Assembly (NCBI GenBank): GCA_035556795.1
Contig: DATMEV010000089.1
Coordinates: forward strand, 12,837-76,836
Length of the DNA stretch: 64,000 nucleotides
DNA from: Pseudolabrys sp.
GTDB taxonomy: Bacteria; Pseudomonadota; Alphaproteobacteria; Rhizobiales; Xanthobacteraceae
Direction of reading: 5' to 3'
A model generated the notes under the pieces. That model was not told the DNA's origin. It did no database searches and worked only from the letters and a program-made list of their open reading frames with translations. Below, one piece after another: positions 47,598 through 57,566 of this stretch. Position numbers and translations under genes: made by a program. Numbering within the stretch: the first letter of the stretch is position 1; the number at the start of each line of letters is the position of its first letter.

Positions 47598-48455
47598 ATG
47601 GCCGCCGCTGATCTCGACATGACCGTTACCGAGGACGAGGATCGGGCGCCTGGATCGGGCATGATTCAGTCCGTCGTCATGGCGGGCGAGATCATCGAGG
47701 CGCTTGCAGCTGCCGGCCAGCCGATGCGGTTGACCGCGCTTGCCAACCAGCTTGGCGAATCGAAGGCGAAGATGCATCGCCATCTTTCGACGCTGAAGTT
47801 TCTTGGCTTCGTCGATCAGGACGCGCAGACCGAATGCTACCGGCTTGGCCCCAAGCTTGTTCATATCGGCCAGGCGGCAAACGATCAGTTTGATCTGCGC
47901 CGCCTAGCCGAACCCTATATGACGCGGCTGCGTGATCTGACACATCAGACGGTTGTACTCAGCATGCCGGCAAGCGGCGATGCGATCGTCAATGCCGTCG
48001 TCGATAGCCCCAATCTGGTGACGATTTCGGTGCGGCTCGGTTACCGCTTGCCGGCGCACGCTTCGGCGCAGGGACGGGTGACGCTGGCATTTACGCCGGC
48101 GGCGATGCAGCAGCGGGTGCTGGCGCGCAAGCTGCAGATGCTGACACCGCGCACCATCGTCGATCCAGCGGTGCTACGCGAGCGCCTCGCGCGCATCCGC
48201 GAGCAGCTCTACGAGGTGTCGATGGACGAAACGCTGCTTGGCATTTCGGCGGTCGCCGCGCCGATCCTCAACTTCGACAACGAACTGGTCGGCGCGATCG
48301 CCGTGGTCGGAACCACGCAGTATGTGCATGAGCCGGTTGATCCGGAACAACTCCAGTTGTTGCGTGCCTGCACCAAAGCGATGTCGCTGAAGCTCAACTC
48401 GACCGGTTATGAGGGGCTTGGCGTCCCCAATATGCGGGAGTTCATTTTCGATTAG
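47598..48455 (+). CDS. IclR family transcriptional regulator
   Basis: IQSVVMAGEIIEALAAAGQPMRLTALANQLGESKAKMHRHLSTLKFLGFVDQD (wHTH) plus a C-terminal IclR effector domain. Confidence 0.88.
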   Translation: MAAADLDMTVTEDEDRAPGSGMIQSVVMAGEIIEALAAAGQPMRLTALANQLGESKAKMHRHLSTLKFLGFVDQDAQTECYRLGPKLVHIGQAANDQFDLRRLAEPYMTRLRDLTHQTVVLSMPASGDAIVNAVVDSPNLVTISVRLGYRLPAHASAQGRVTLAFTPAAMQQRVLARKLQMLTPRTIVDPAVLRERLARIREQLYEVSMDETLLGISAVAAPILNFDNELVGAIAVVGTTQYVHEPVDPEQLQLLRACTKAMSLKLNSTGYEGLGVPNMREFIFD

Positions 48456-48605
48456 GAGGACGATGCGGCGGCCCGGCCGGCTCCTGTGGCTCAAATTGGT
48501 GTGGTTTGCCGGTTTGCTGAAGTTTGTGTTGCTGAGGTCTGACAAAACGAAACTTGGGGTCGCGTTCGTCATGTGGCGGCGCGGTTAAGTAGAAAGGGAG
48601 GATAC

Positions 48606-49751
48606 ATGTCGATCAATCGCTATGTCGCGACGGGCGTCGCGGCGCTCGGTGCAGCATTGTTCTCGCTGACGCCGGCAATGGCTCAGGGCGCCTACAAGGT
48701 GGGGATGGCTGCCGGACTGACCGGTTACGCCGCCACCGTCGATCGCGCCTGGCGCGATGGCGTCGAGATCGCGATCGCCGTGCTGAATGCCAAGGGCGGT
48801 ATCAACGGCCAGAAGGTCGAGCTCATCGTCGAGGATAACAAGTCGGAACCGCAGGAAGCGGTGACCGTCTATCGGAAGATGATTTCCTCTGACAAGGTCA
48901 ATGTGTTCGTCAGCGGCTGCGTCTCTGCCGGTAATTTCGCCGCGGCGCCGCTTGTCGTCCGCGCCCAGACACCGATGGTGTTGTGCTCGATCCTGCCGCA
49001 GCAGCCCGATCATGTGAAATGGGCGTTCACCACCATCCCGCCGCCGCGCTTCGAGGTCGAGACACGGCTCGAATACATTCAGAAGAAAACCCCGATCAAG
49101 AAGATCGGCGTGCTGCACGATCCTTCGCCTTATGCCAACGCCCAAAAGGCGGCGGCCGAGAAGGAGGCGAAGGACTACGGCCTCGAGATCGTCGGCGTCG
49201 AACAATACAAGACCGATGACGCGGATCTCAGCGTGCAGATCCAGAAGATGTATGCGGCCGGCGCGCGCGCGATCATCAAGATCGGGCTCGGTGGCACGAC
49301 CTTGACCGCCGCCAAGAACATCAAGCAGCTTGGCCTCGACATGATCATGCTGACGAGTCTTGAGGATATCGCCGTGTTCCGCCCGGTGGCTGAAGTGCTC
49401 GGCGATAAGTTCTTCTTTGTTGCCTCGCCGGCGCAGGTTTATGACGCCCTGACCGACAGTCCGCTGAAGAAAGAGATCGGCAAGTTCCTGGAGCCATGGC
49501 GCGCCAAGTACAAGGATCGCGATCCGAATTGGGCCGGCCGCGGTTGGGACGCGATGATGCTGGTCGCCGCGGCGGTCGAGAAGGCCAAGTCGGCCGATGG
49601 CGCGAAGCTCCGCGATACGCTGGAAACCATGGATGGTTTCCAGGGCACGACCGGCGTCTATCACTTCTCCGCCAGCAACCACCAGGGGATCACCGAGAAT
49701 CCGCTGCTGCTCGCCACGATCGTCAACGGCGAAGTCAAAGTGGTGAAGTGA
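48606..49751 (+). CDS. ABC transporter substrate-binding protein (LivK-like type I PBP)
   Basis: ATG at 48606 lies behind GGGAGGA. Signal peptide MSINRYVATGVAALGAALFSLTPAMAQG. YKVGMAAGLTGYAA. Confidence 0.85.
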   Translation: MSINRYVATGVAALGAALFSLTPAMAQGAYKVGMAAGLTGYAATVDRAWRDGVEIAIAVLNAKGGINGQKVELIVEDNKSEPQEAVTVYRKMISSDKVNVFVSGCVSAGNFAAAPLVVRAQTPMVLCSILPQQPDHVKWAFTTIPPPRFEVETRLEYIQKKTPIKKIGVLHDPSPYANAQKAAAEKEAKDYGLEIVGVEQYKTDDADLSVQIQKMYAAGARAIIKIGLGGTTLTAAKNIKQLGLDMIMLTSLEDIAVFRPVAEVLGDKFFFVASPAQVYDALTDSPLKKEIGKFLEPWRAKYKDRDPNWAGRGWDAMMLVAAAVEKAKSADGAKLRDTLETMDGFQGTTGVYHFSASNHQGITENPLLLATIVNGEVKVVK

Positions 49752-50473
49752 GCACCGCGCAGCAGAATCCCCGAATTCTCGAAGTTGAAGGGCTCTCGGC
49801 GCGCTACGGGCACGTCGAGGCTCTTCGGCCCGTCGATTTTCATGTCGACGAGGGAGAGCTGGTGGCGGTGCTCGGCCCCAACGGCGCCGGCAAATCAACC
49901 CTGATGCGGGCGTTGATGGGGCTGGTGCCGACGCAGGGGCGGGTGCGTTTCCGTGGTGCGGACGTGCCGCGCCGCGATCCGGCGAAGGCCGCGGCGCTGG
50001 GGCTCGTCCTGGTGCCGGAGGGGCGCGGTATCTTCGCGCCAATGACGGTCGCCGAAAATCTCGAACTCGGCGCCTATCTGCTCAACGACAGGAAGGAATT
50101 CGCACGCCGGCACGAGCGCGTGCTGGCGCTGTTCCCGCGCCTGAAAGAGCGTCTGTCGCAGACCGCGGGCTCGTTGTCCGGCGGCGAGCAGCAGATGCTT
50201 GCGGTCGGCCGGGCGTTGATGTCGGATCCGAAACTGCTGTTGCTCGACGAGCCGTCGCTTGGCCTTGCGCCGCGCGTCATCGACGAAATTCTGCAGACGC
50301 TCGGCGATCTCAATCGCGCCGGGCTTCCGATCATTCTGGTCGAGCAGAAAGCGCCGTTGGTACTCAAGCTCGCGCGCCGCGCATATCTTCTCTCCATTGG
50401 AACCATTGCCGCGGAAATTGATCCGCGCGAGGTGACCTCGCACGATGACCTGGCTCGCTTCTATCTGGGCTAA
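49748..50473 (+). CDS. ABC transporter ATP-binding protein (LivF-like)
   Basis: GTG at 49748 overlaps the stop of the binding-protein gene (GTGA). LEVEGLSARYGHVEALRPVDF, Walker A GPNGAGKST, LSGGEQQM, LLLLDEPS. Confidence 0.85.
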   Translation: MSTAQQNPRILEVEGLSARYGHVEALRPVDFHVDEGELVAVLGPNGAGKSTLMRALMGLVPTQGRVRFRGADVPRRDPAKAAALGLVLVPEGRGIFAPMTVAENLELGAYLLNDRKEFARRHERVLALFPRLKERLSQTAGSLSGGEQQMLAVGRALMSDPKLLLLDEPSLGLAPRVIDEILQTLGDLNRAGLPIILVEQKAPLVLKLARRAYLLSIGTIAAEIDPREVTSHDDLARFYLG

Positions 50474-51437
50474 GGCCCGCCGAAACCCGTTCGTGCCGCT
50501 CCTGTGGGGGGGAGCGGCGCTGCTGGTCGCGCACGTATTCATCAACGGCGGCTACCTGATGGCGGTGCTGCAGTTCGCCTGCATTTATGTGGTGTTCGTC
50601 GCCGGGCTCAATCTGTTCATGGGCTTCACCGGCCAGGTGTCGTTCGGCCACAACGCCTTTGCAGCGATCAGCGGCTATACTTCGGCGGTACTGACCGCGA
50701 CCTATGGCTGGGAGCCGCTGCCGGCGGCAGTGCTCGGCATCGGCGGCGCACTCATCTGCGGGCTTATCGTCGGTTATCCGGTGCTGCGATTGCGCGGTCA
50801 TTATCTCGCGATGGCGACGCTCGCCATCGGGCTCATCGCCTACGAGGTGGCCGTGCAATGGCAGTCTGTGACTCAAGGCTATATGGGCATTTCCGGCATT
50901 GCACCGCTCGGCATCGGTCAATGGGAGATCGTTTCGGATCGCGGCATCCTGCTGTTCCTGCTGATTGTTGCGGGATTGTCGCTGCTGGCGGCGCGCGGCA
51001 TTCGCCGTTCGCGGCTGGGGCGTTCGTTCGTCGCCGTCGCAGGCAGCGAGGATGCGGCACGGGCTCTGGGCATCGACGTGGCTCGCGCCAAGCTCGCCGC
51101 GTTCCTGATCTCCGCCGTTTATGCGGCGGTTGCCGGCTCGCTGTTCGTGCACGCGGTCGGTTTCGTCAGCCCGGAGGTGTTTGGCCTGCACATGGTGGTA
51201 CTGGCTTTCACCATGCTCTATGTCGGCGGTATCGGCACCATTGCCGGGCCGGCGCTTGGTGCGCTGATCGTTGCACTGTTGCCGGAGACGTTCCGCGGCT
51301 TCAAGGAATATCAGGATCTGGCCTATGGTGCGGCACTGATCCTGATCCTGATCTATGCGCCGCGCGGTCTGAGTTCGCTGCCTGACCTGTGGGCGAGGCG
51401 GCGGCGCAAAGCCGGCGCGGCGACGGAGGGCACATGA
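50445..51437 (+). CDS. branched-chain amino acid-type ABC permease (LivM-like)
   Basis: Polytopic protein: YVVFVAGLNLFMGFTGQVSFGHNAF...GYPVLRLRGHYLAMATLA...GISGI. Confidence 0.85.
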   Translation: MTWLASIWAKARRNPFVPLLWGGAALLVAHVFINGGYLMAVLQFACIYVVFVAGLNLFMGFTGQVSFGHNAFAAISGYTSAVLTATYGWEPLPAAVLGIGGALICGLIVGYPVLRLRGHYLAMATLAIGLIAYEVAVQWQSVTQGYMGISGIAPLGIGQWEIVSDRGILLFLLIVAGLSLLAARGIRRSRLGRSFVAVAGSEDAARALGIDVARAKLAAFLISAVYAAVAGSLFVHAVGFVSPEVFGLHMVVLAFTMLYVGGIGTIAGPALGALIVALLPETFRGFKEYQDLAYGAALILILIYAPRGLSSLPDLWARRRRKAGAATEGT

Positions 51438-52225
51438 GCATTCTCCGTCTCGAGCACGTAACCCGCCGTTTCGACGGCCTCGTTGCCACTGACGATGTCT
51501 CGCTCGATATTCCGGCGCAGGGTATTTCGGCGATCATCGGTCCAAACGGTGCCGGCAAGACGACGCTGTTCAATGTGATCTCCGGCTTTCTGACGCCGAG
51601 TGCGGGGCACGTGACATTCGACGGGCAGGATATCACCGGCAAGCCCCCGGAGATGATTGCCAGGCTCGGTCTGGTTCGTACCTTTCAACTCGTGCAGCTG
51701 TTCGACGACCTGACGGTGCTGGAGAACGTCAAGGTAGGCTTCCATTTGCACACCCGTGGCGGCTTGCTAACCGCGCTGGCGCCGGGTGGGCGGGCGCGGC
51801 GGGAGGAGCGGGAGGTGGACGCGCAAGCTCGCGATCTGCTGCGCCGGACCGGGCTTGCGGAGCAGGCGGAAACCTCCGCTGCCGTGCTGCCCTACGGTCA
51901 GAAACGGTTGCTGGAAATCACCCGTGCCCTTGCAGCGAGGCCGAAACTGTTGCTGCTCGACGAGCCGGCGGCGGGGCTGAACCGGCAGGAAACGCAAGCG
52001 CTGGCGGCGTTGCTGCGCGATATCGCAGCGTCTGGAACCGCCATCCTGCTGATCGAGCACGATATGAGTCTGGTGATGAGCGTTACCGACCATATTGCCG
52101 TGCTCGATTTTGGCCGGCTGATCGCGCGCGGCACGCCAGACGAGGTCAAGCGCAATCCGGACGTGATCGCCGCCTATCTCGGCACGCAGGCCGAAGCGGC
52201 CGAGGGGGAGACGGTGCATGCTTGA
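51434..52225 (+). CDS. ABC transporter ATP-binding protein (LivG-like)
   Basis: ATGA overlap with the permease stop. [56 protein letters not shown]. Confidence 0.88.
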   Translation: MSILRLEHVTRRFDGLVATDDVSLDIPAQGISAIIGPNGAGKTTLFNVISGFLTPSAGHVTFDGQDITGKPPEMIARLGLVRTFQLVQLFDDLTVLENVKVGFHLHTRGGLLTALAPGGRARREEREVDAQARDLLRRTGLAEQAETSAAVLPYGQKRLLEITRALAARPKLLLLDEPAAGLNRQETQALAALLRDIAASGTAILLIEHDMSLVMSVTDHIAVLDFGRLIARGTPDEVKRNPDVIAAYLGTQAEAAEGETVHA

Positions 52226-53090
52226 TCTCGTCGCCCAGTCGATCCTCAGCGGTATCGGTGTCGGCTGCATCTACGGCCTGATCGGCATCGGCTTCTGTGT
52301 CATCTACAACGCCAGCGGTATCGTCAATTTCGCGCAGGGCGCGTTCGTCATGCTCGGTGGCATGGTGACCTATACGGCGATGGCCCGTTACGGCATGCCG
52401 TTGCTGCCGGCGGCGATCATCGCCACCGCGATTGTCGCAGCACTGGGCGTCGTTCTGGAACGCCTGGTCGTGCGGCCGCTATGGGATCGCGGTTCAACTA
52501 TGTTTGTGATGATCCTGGCGACGCTTGCTGCGCAGATCGTCATCGAACGGTTGACGCTGATTGCCGCTGGCGACCAACCGCGAACGCTGCCAGTCTTCAC
52601 CGACCTGCCGCCGATCCGCGTCCTCGGGCTCGCGGTCAACTTCCAGTTCCTCTGGATTGTCGGATGCTGCGCGCTGATCATTGCATTGCTTGCCTTGTTC
52701 TTTTCCTCGACCAAGACCGGCAAGGCCATGCGTGCCTGCTCGATCAACCGCGACGCGGCGGCGCTGCAGGGTATTCCGGTGGCGCGGATGTTGGCGCTTG
52801 CATTTGCGCTGAGTGCAGCCCTCGGCGCCATCGCGGGCATCCTGATCACGCCGACGCAATATACGGCGTTCAATGTCGGCGTTCCCTTCGCGATCTCCGG
52901 CTTTATCGCTGCTATTGTCGGCGGGTTCGGCAGGCCGCTCGGCGCCTTTACCGGCGGCATATTACTCGGTGTCGCGCAGGCGCTTGCTATCGTATTTCTT
53001 GGTTCGGCGTTCAAGAACGTCGCCGCGCTGTCGATCCTGTTGCTGTTTCTGTTTGTCAGGCCCACCGGATTGCTCGGTTCGGCCAAATAG
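52218..53090 (+). CDS. branched-chain amino acid-type ABC permease (LivH-like)
   Basis: GIGVGCIYGLIGIGFCVIYNASGIVNFAQGAFVMLGGM is a classic LivH N-terminus. Confidence 0.88.
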   Translation: MLDLVAQSILSGIGVGCIYGLIGIGFCVIYNASGIVNFAQGAFVMLGGMVTYTAMARYGMPLLPAAIIATAIVAALGVVLERLVVRPLWDRGSTMFVMILATLAAQIVIERLTLIAAGDQPRTLPVFTDLPPIRVLGLAVNFQFLWIVGCCALIIALLALFFSSTKTGKAMRACSINRDAAALQGIPVARMLALAFALSAALGAIAGILITPTQYTAFNVGVPFAISGFIAAIVGGFGRPLGAFTGGILLGVAQALAIVFLGSAFKNVAALSILLLFLFVRPTGLLGSAK

Positions 53091-53131
53091 TCCGATCGTT
53101 ATGCGCCAAATACCCACGTAAGGAGGCCGTC

Positions 53132-53467
53132 ATGGATATTCACAAGATCGACTGGAGCGAGATTCCGTGGAAGGAAATCCGCAAGGGCGTTGAGCAAAAG
53201 GCGTTTTCCGGCAGCGCCGCGACCGTTGCGCTGCACCGGCTGATGCCCGGCCACGAGCCGAAGCCGCACAGCCATCCGCACGAGCAGATCGCCTATATCG
53301 TCGAAGGCCGCATGCGCTTCCATATCGGCGATACGGTTCATGATCTCGGTCCCGGCGGCCTCGTCGTCATTCCTGGCGGTGTCACCCATTGGGGGGAAGT
53401 GCTCGGCGACGAGCCGGTGCTCAATCTCGATGTGTTTACGCCGAAGCGCCCGGAATATGCAGCGTGA
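53132..53467 (+). CDS. cupin domain protein (111 aa)
   Basis: ATG at 53132 lies behind AAGGAGG. Metal motif HSHPHEQIAYIVEG...VVIPGGVTHWG. The track ORF 52481..53467 upstream part overlaps livH out of frame. Confidence 0.8.
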   Translation: MDIHKIDWSEIPWKEIRKGVEQKAFSGSAATVALHRLMPGHEPKPHSHPHEQIAYIVEGRMRFHIGDTVHDLGPGGLVVIPGGVTHWGEVLGDEPVLNLDVFTPKRPEYAA

Positions 53468-53500
53468 TTGGACCCGCGAACCAGCAAGGAGAATTGCTTT

Positions 53501-54466
53501 ATGTTCATTCGTTCGTTTCTGATTGCGGCTGCCACGTTGTCGCTGATGCCAGCTGCCGCATCGGCGGCGGACTGGCCGACCAAGCCGGTAACTCTGGTCG
53601 TGCCCTTCACCGCCGGCACCACCTCCGACGTGGTGGCACGCAGTCTCATCGAGCATCTGAGCCCGGCCATTGGGCAGCCGATCATCATCGAAAACCGCGG
53701 CGGTGCGGGCGGTAATATCGGCGGCGCGCTGGTCGCCAAGGCGCAGCCGGATGGTTACACGCTGTTGTTTGCCACCACCGGGCCGGCGGCTACCAACAAG
53801 CTGATGTACAAGGATATGCCGTTCGATCCGCAGCGTGACTTCACGCCAGTGATCGTTGTCGGCAAGGCACCCATCATCATTACCGCGAAGAAGGACGCGG
53901 CATTCAATACGCTCAAGGAGATGGTGAGCTTTGCCAAGGCCAACCCCGGCAAGCTGACCGCCGGATTCCCCGGTAACGGCACGCTCGGCCACATCACCGG
54001 CGAATTGTTGCAGGCGACAGCCGACGTCAAGTTCGCGCATGTACAGTATCGCGGCAGTCCGCCGATCATCACCGACCTGATTGGGGGGCATATCGATATC
54101 GGCATGGATTCGATGGCGGCTTATGTGCCGATGGTGACGGAAGGCAAGATCAAGGCGCTGGCGATCGCCGGCAGCAAGCGCTGGTCAAAATTACCCAATG
54201 TGCCGACGGCTTCTGAGTCGGGCTTGCCCGGCTTCCAGGCGAGCGTCTGGTATGCGCTGATGGCGCCTGCGGGCACGCCGCCGGCGATCGTCAACAAGCT
54301 CAACGCCGCGATCAACGACTATATCAAGTCGGATAAGGCGAAGGCGTTCTTCGATAGTCTCGGCGTCGAGGCTGCCGGCGGCACTCCATCGGATGCCAAT
54401 ACCTTCATTCGTGCGGAGATCGAGAAATGGGCGCCGATCATCAAAGCGGCGAAAATCTCGTTCTGA
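53501..54466 (+). CDS. tripartite tricarboxylate transporter substrate-binding protein (Bug/TctC family)
   Basis: Signal peptide MFIRSFLIAAATLSLMPAAASAADWPTKPVTLVVPFTAGTTSD...ENRGGAGGNIG...DGYTLL. No adjacent tctAB. Confidence 0.88.
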   Translation: MFIRSFLIAAATLSLMPAAASAADWPTKPVTLVVPFTAGTTSDVVARSLIEHLSPAIGQPIIIENRGGAGGNIGGALVAKAQPDGYTLLFATTGPAATNKLMYKDMPFDPQRDFTPVIVVGKAPIIITAKKDAAFNTLKEMVSFAKANPGKLTAGFPGNGTLGHITGELLQATADVKFAHVQYRGSPPIITDLIGGHIDIGMDSMAAYVPMVTEGKIKALAIAGSKRWSKLPNVPTASESGLPGFQASVWYALMAPAGTPPAIVNKLNAAINDYIKSDKAKAFFDSLGVEAAGGTPSDANTFIRAEIEKWAPIIKAAKISF

Positions 54467-54484
54467 GCCACAGGTGACCCGCGG

Positions 54485-54523
54485 GGCCGTGCCGTGCTAA
54501 CGGTGCGGCCTCGTGTTCTTTTC
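54485..54523 (+). terminator. rho-independent terminator after the TctC gene
   Basis: 10-bp stem (two G-U pairs) ggccgtgccg / cggtgcggcc with loop tgctaa (54485-54510), followed by tcgtgttcttttc. It lies 19 nt after the stop at 54466. Confidence 0.6.
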
Positions 54524-54539
54524 AACGGTCAGAGTTCTC

Positions 54540-55565
54540 GTGAGCAAGCCTCTTCTCGACGTTCTTTCCGGTATACGCCGGCAGCCCCCGCCCGTTTGGA
54601 TGATGCGACAGGCGGGACGCTATCTCGCCGAATACCGCGCAGTGCGCGCCAAAGCCGGCGGATTTCTCGATCTATGCTTCAATCCGGACCTTGCTGCCGA
54701 AGTGACGCTGCAGCCGATCCGGCGTTTCGGCTTCGATGCGGCGATCCTTTTCTCCGACATTCTGGTAATCCCGCATGCGCTCGGTCGTAGTGTGCGGTTC
54801 GTCGAAGGTGAGGGGCCGCGCCTCGATCCGCTGACCAGCGCGGCCGCGATCGACGGCGTGCGCGGCGATTATGATCCCGCGGTTCTCGCGCCGGTCTACG
54901 AGACAGTGCGGCGGGTGAAAGCACAGTTGCCCGATCATGTGACACTGATCGGCTTTTGCGGCGCACCGTGGACTGTGGCGACCTATATGATCGCCGGACG
55001 CGGCACGCCGGATCAGGGACCGGCGAAAACCGCTTTCGCCGATAATCCTGCCGCGTTCGCGCGTCTGATCGACAAGCTGGTCGATGCGTCCGTCGACTAT
55101 CTATGCGGACAACTCGAAGCCGGCGCGGAATGTTTGCAGATTTTCGATAGCTGGGCGGGCAGTCTCTCCCCGGAGGATTTCGAGCGCTGGTGCGTGCAGC
55201 CGACGAAATGGCTGGTAGCCAGCGTGCGTGAGCGGCATCCGGCCGCGCGCATCATCGGGTTTCCGCGTGGCGCCGGGCGCAGCATCCCGCGCTATGCGCG
55301 CGAAACCGGCGTCGATGCCGTCAGCCTGGAAACCGAGATCGACCGCGATTTCGCCCGCCGGGAGATCCAGCCGATCGTGCCGGTGCAGGGCAATCTCGAT
55401 CCGCAGATCCTGCGTGCCGGCGGCGATGCCCTCGATCGAGCTGTGGACGCGGTGATGGCCGCATTTTCAGATCAGCCGTTCGTCTTCAACCTCGGGCACG
55501 GCATTCTGCCGGATACGCCGGTCGCTCATGTCGAGCGGATGCTGGAGCGCGTGCGCCGCGCATAA
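54540..55565 (+). CDS. hemE: uroporphyrinogen decarboxylase
   Basis: [31 protein letters not shown]...[29 protein letters not shown] at 54540 is preferred over GTG at 54513, which lies inside the terminator T-tract. Confidence 0.9.
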   Translation: MSKPLLDVLSGIRRQPPPVWMMRQAGRYLAEYRAVRAKAGGFLDLCFNPDLAAEVTLQPIRRFGFDAAILFSDILVIPHALGRSVRFVEGEGPRLDPLTSAAAIDGVRGDYDPAVLAPVYETVRRVKAQLPDHVTLIGFCGAPWTVATYMIAGRGTPDQGPAKTAFADNPAAFARLIDKLVDASVDYLCGQLEAGAECLQIFDSWAGSLSPEDFERWCVQPTKWLVASVRERHPAARIIGFPRGAGRSIPRYARETGVDAVSLETEIDRDFARREIQPIVPVQGNLDPQILRAGGDALDRAVDAVMAAFSDQPFVFNLGHGILPDTPVAHVERMLERVRRA

Positions 55566-55606
55566 TCCTCGCAGCGCCGGACTCGACGATACCCGGCGAA
55601 CGGACG

Positions 55607-56005
55607 CTATGGGCGCGCCTTCGCCTGCAGTTTCTTGTCGAGGCGCGCGACATCGACCACCATCCGCTCGTGCGTGCCTTTCCCGATCGGCTCGATTTCG
55701 TCATGCGCCGAAACGTCGAAGACGACGCGACGGCCATCGACATGCGTCACCTGCGCCTCGGCGGTGATCTCGTGACCGACCGGCGTTGCCGCCAGATGCC
55801 GGATATCGACGGCGGTGCCGACCGCGCTTTCTCCGACGTCGAGATAGCCACGGATGGCATTGAGCGCGGCATTCTCCATCGCCGTCACCATCATCGGCGT
55901 GGCGAAGACCGGCGGCAGGATGGCGTCCTTGAACTGGTTGGCCAGATGCGCCGGCGTGACCCGCAGCCGGTAAACGCCCTTGGCTCCGATCGGGATATCC
56001 CGCAT
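55607..56005 (-). CDS. hotdog-fold thioesterase (FlK-like family)
   Basis: MRDIPIGAKGVYRLRVTPAHLANQF...VFATPMMVTAMENAA...GTAVDIRHLAATPVG...V...VDGRRVVFDV. Confidence 0.75.
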   Translation of the reverse strand: MRDIPIGAKGVYRLRVTPAHLANQFKDAILPPVFATPMMVTAMENAALNAIRGYLDVGESAVGTAVDIRHLAATPVGHEITAEAQVTHVDGRRVVFDVSAHDEIEPIGKGTHERMVVDVARLDKKLQAKARP

Positions 56006-56138
56006 GCGATTGTCCTTCTGCCGTGATCGATGCGATCTATAGCGTTTTCAGGCGAAGTGAGCACCGGCCCGTGTGAAGAAAACGTGCCAAAGCAAGAAAC
56101 AAGAGCCTCGTTTCTGGTTCCGTCGGAGGCTGGAAAGC

Positions 56139-57317
56139 TCAGCCGCGTCGTACAGTGTGACGGATCGACGGCGCCAGCAGGACCAGCGCCGCGGTCATGA
56201 TGATAAACGGAACGAATACGCTTTGGGGGATTCCGGTCAGGTCCCAAATGGCGCCGCTGATCACCGGCGTGATGACGGCACAGGAATAGCTGATGGTGAA
56301 CATCGCTGCGGTGACGCGGTGTACGTCGTCTGGCGGCGCCAGCAACGGTGGTAAGGCCAGTGCCAGCACCAGGATGATCGCGCTGACAAAGCCGATGAGC
56401 GCCGCCGACAGCACCAGCACGATGCCATTGCCGACGATCACGCCGATCAGCGCCAGAATAGCGGCGGTTCCACAAAGTGCGTAGGGCCAAGCCTTGCCTT
56501 TCAGACGTTCAGCGACGGCCAGAAGCAGGAATGACGCCGGCAGTTGTGCGACATTCAACGCCGTCAACGTCGCGCTGATCCATTCTCCCTGCCCCTTCTG
56601 ATTGAGGTAATCAGGAATGAAGGCGTTGGTGCCGAAATACATTGCGTTCACGCTGCCGAGCATGATGCCGAGCTTCCAGATCAGTCCGTCGTTCCAGTCC
56701 GGCCACCAGCGTCGCCGCGTCGGCGTGGCGGTGTCGGCTGCCGCGCTGCGCGGCGCCAGCAGGACAATCAGCAGCGCGATGACGGCAACCGGAATGCTCC
56801 AGAAGACGAACGCCCGCTGCCAGCTTCCGGCGAATGGCAGGACGACCGGGATCATCAGCGCCACCGGCAGAATCTCGCCGATCAGCAGGCCGTTGGTATA
56901 GAGCGCGGTAGCGAAGCCGATCCGGTTCGGCGCCCACAGCCGCACCACCGGCGGCATTGCAACCTGCATGATGGCGACGCCCGCGCCCATGATCACGGTC
57001 ATGCCGTAAAGCACGCCAATATCGGGAACGATACCGCGCAGTGCACCACCGGCCGCGCACAGCAGCAGTCCGGTGACCAGCGCCGGGACGGCGCCCAGCC
57101 TGGCGATCAGCAGCGAGCCGGGAACGGCCGCGAGCGCCAGCAGCATCGACGGCAGGCCGGTCAGGATGCCGACCTCGGTGGCGCTCAGATGCAGGTCGTC
57201 GTGGATGCTGGGGATCGCCGGCGGCACCGCGAGGATGGTCAACCGGAGGCCGGTGCCGGCGAGCCACAGCAACGCCAGGGCGGTCAGAAGGCGAGAGTGG
57301 GACGAACCGGAAGTCAT
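56139..57317 (-). CDS. MFS transporter (CynX/NimT-like)
   Basis: Start at MTSGSSHSRLLTALALLWLAGTGLRLTILAVPPAIPSIHDDLHLSATEVGILTGLPSMLLA. About 12 TM helices. Confidence 0.8.
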   Translation of the reverse strand: MTSGSSHSRLLTALALLWLAGTGLRLTILAVPPAIPSIHDDLHLSATEVGILTGLPSMLLALAAVPGSLLIARLGAVPALVTGLLLCAAGGALRGIVPDIGVLYGMTVIMGAGVAIMQVAMPPVVRLWAPNRIGFATALYTNGLLIGEILPVALMIPVVLPFAGSWQRAFVFWSIPVAVIALLIVLLAPRSAAADTATPTRRRWWPDWNDGLIWKLGIMLGSVNAMYFGTNAFIPDYLNQKGQGEWISATLTALNVAQLPASFLLLAVAERLKGKAWPYALCGTAAILALIGVIVGNGIVLVLSAALIGFVSAIILVLALALPPLLAPPDDVHRVTAAMFTISYSCAVITPVISGAIWDLTGIPQSVFVPFIIMTAALVLLAPSIRHTVRRG

Positions 57318-57566
57318 GAGGATATGTGGTTGTGGGATGTTTTTTAAGTGGCGGGAGGAAGGCCGGGCGACCATACGCTTTGGCGCAGTTCGGGCAAATG
57401 CATGCTGGATCGATTGCCGATGGCAAAACTAGCCGTTCGTCCGGACCACTGTCGATATCCGGAGCGAATGGCCGATATTCCCTGCGTGAGTGCCGGCTGT
57501 CTGGCGCCGCGCGGTATCACACGCTAGAAGCAGGTCGCGCTGGGGCGGCGCAGAGATGATCCTCCG

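Noticed and set aside
48585-50042. 485-aa minus-strand ORF across the binding-protein and LivF genes
   Set aside because: Antisense shadow, extremely Arg/Pro/Ala/Gly-rich. The plus-strand genes have canonical PBP and ABC motifs.
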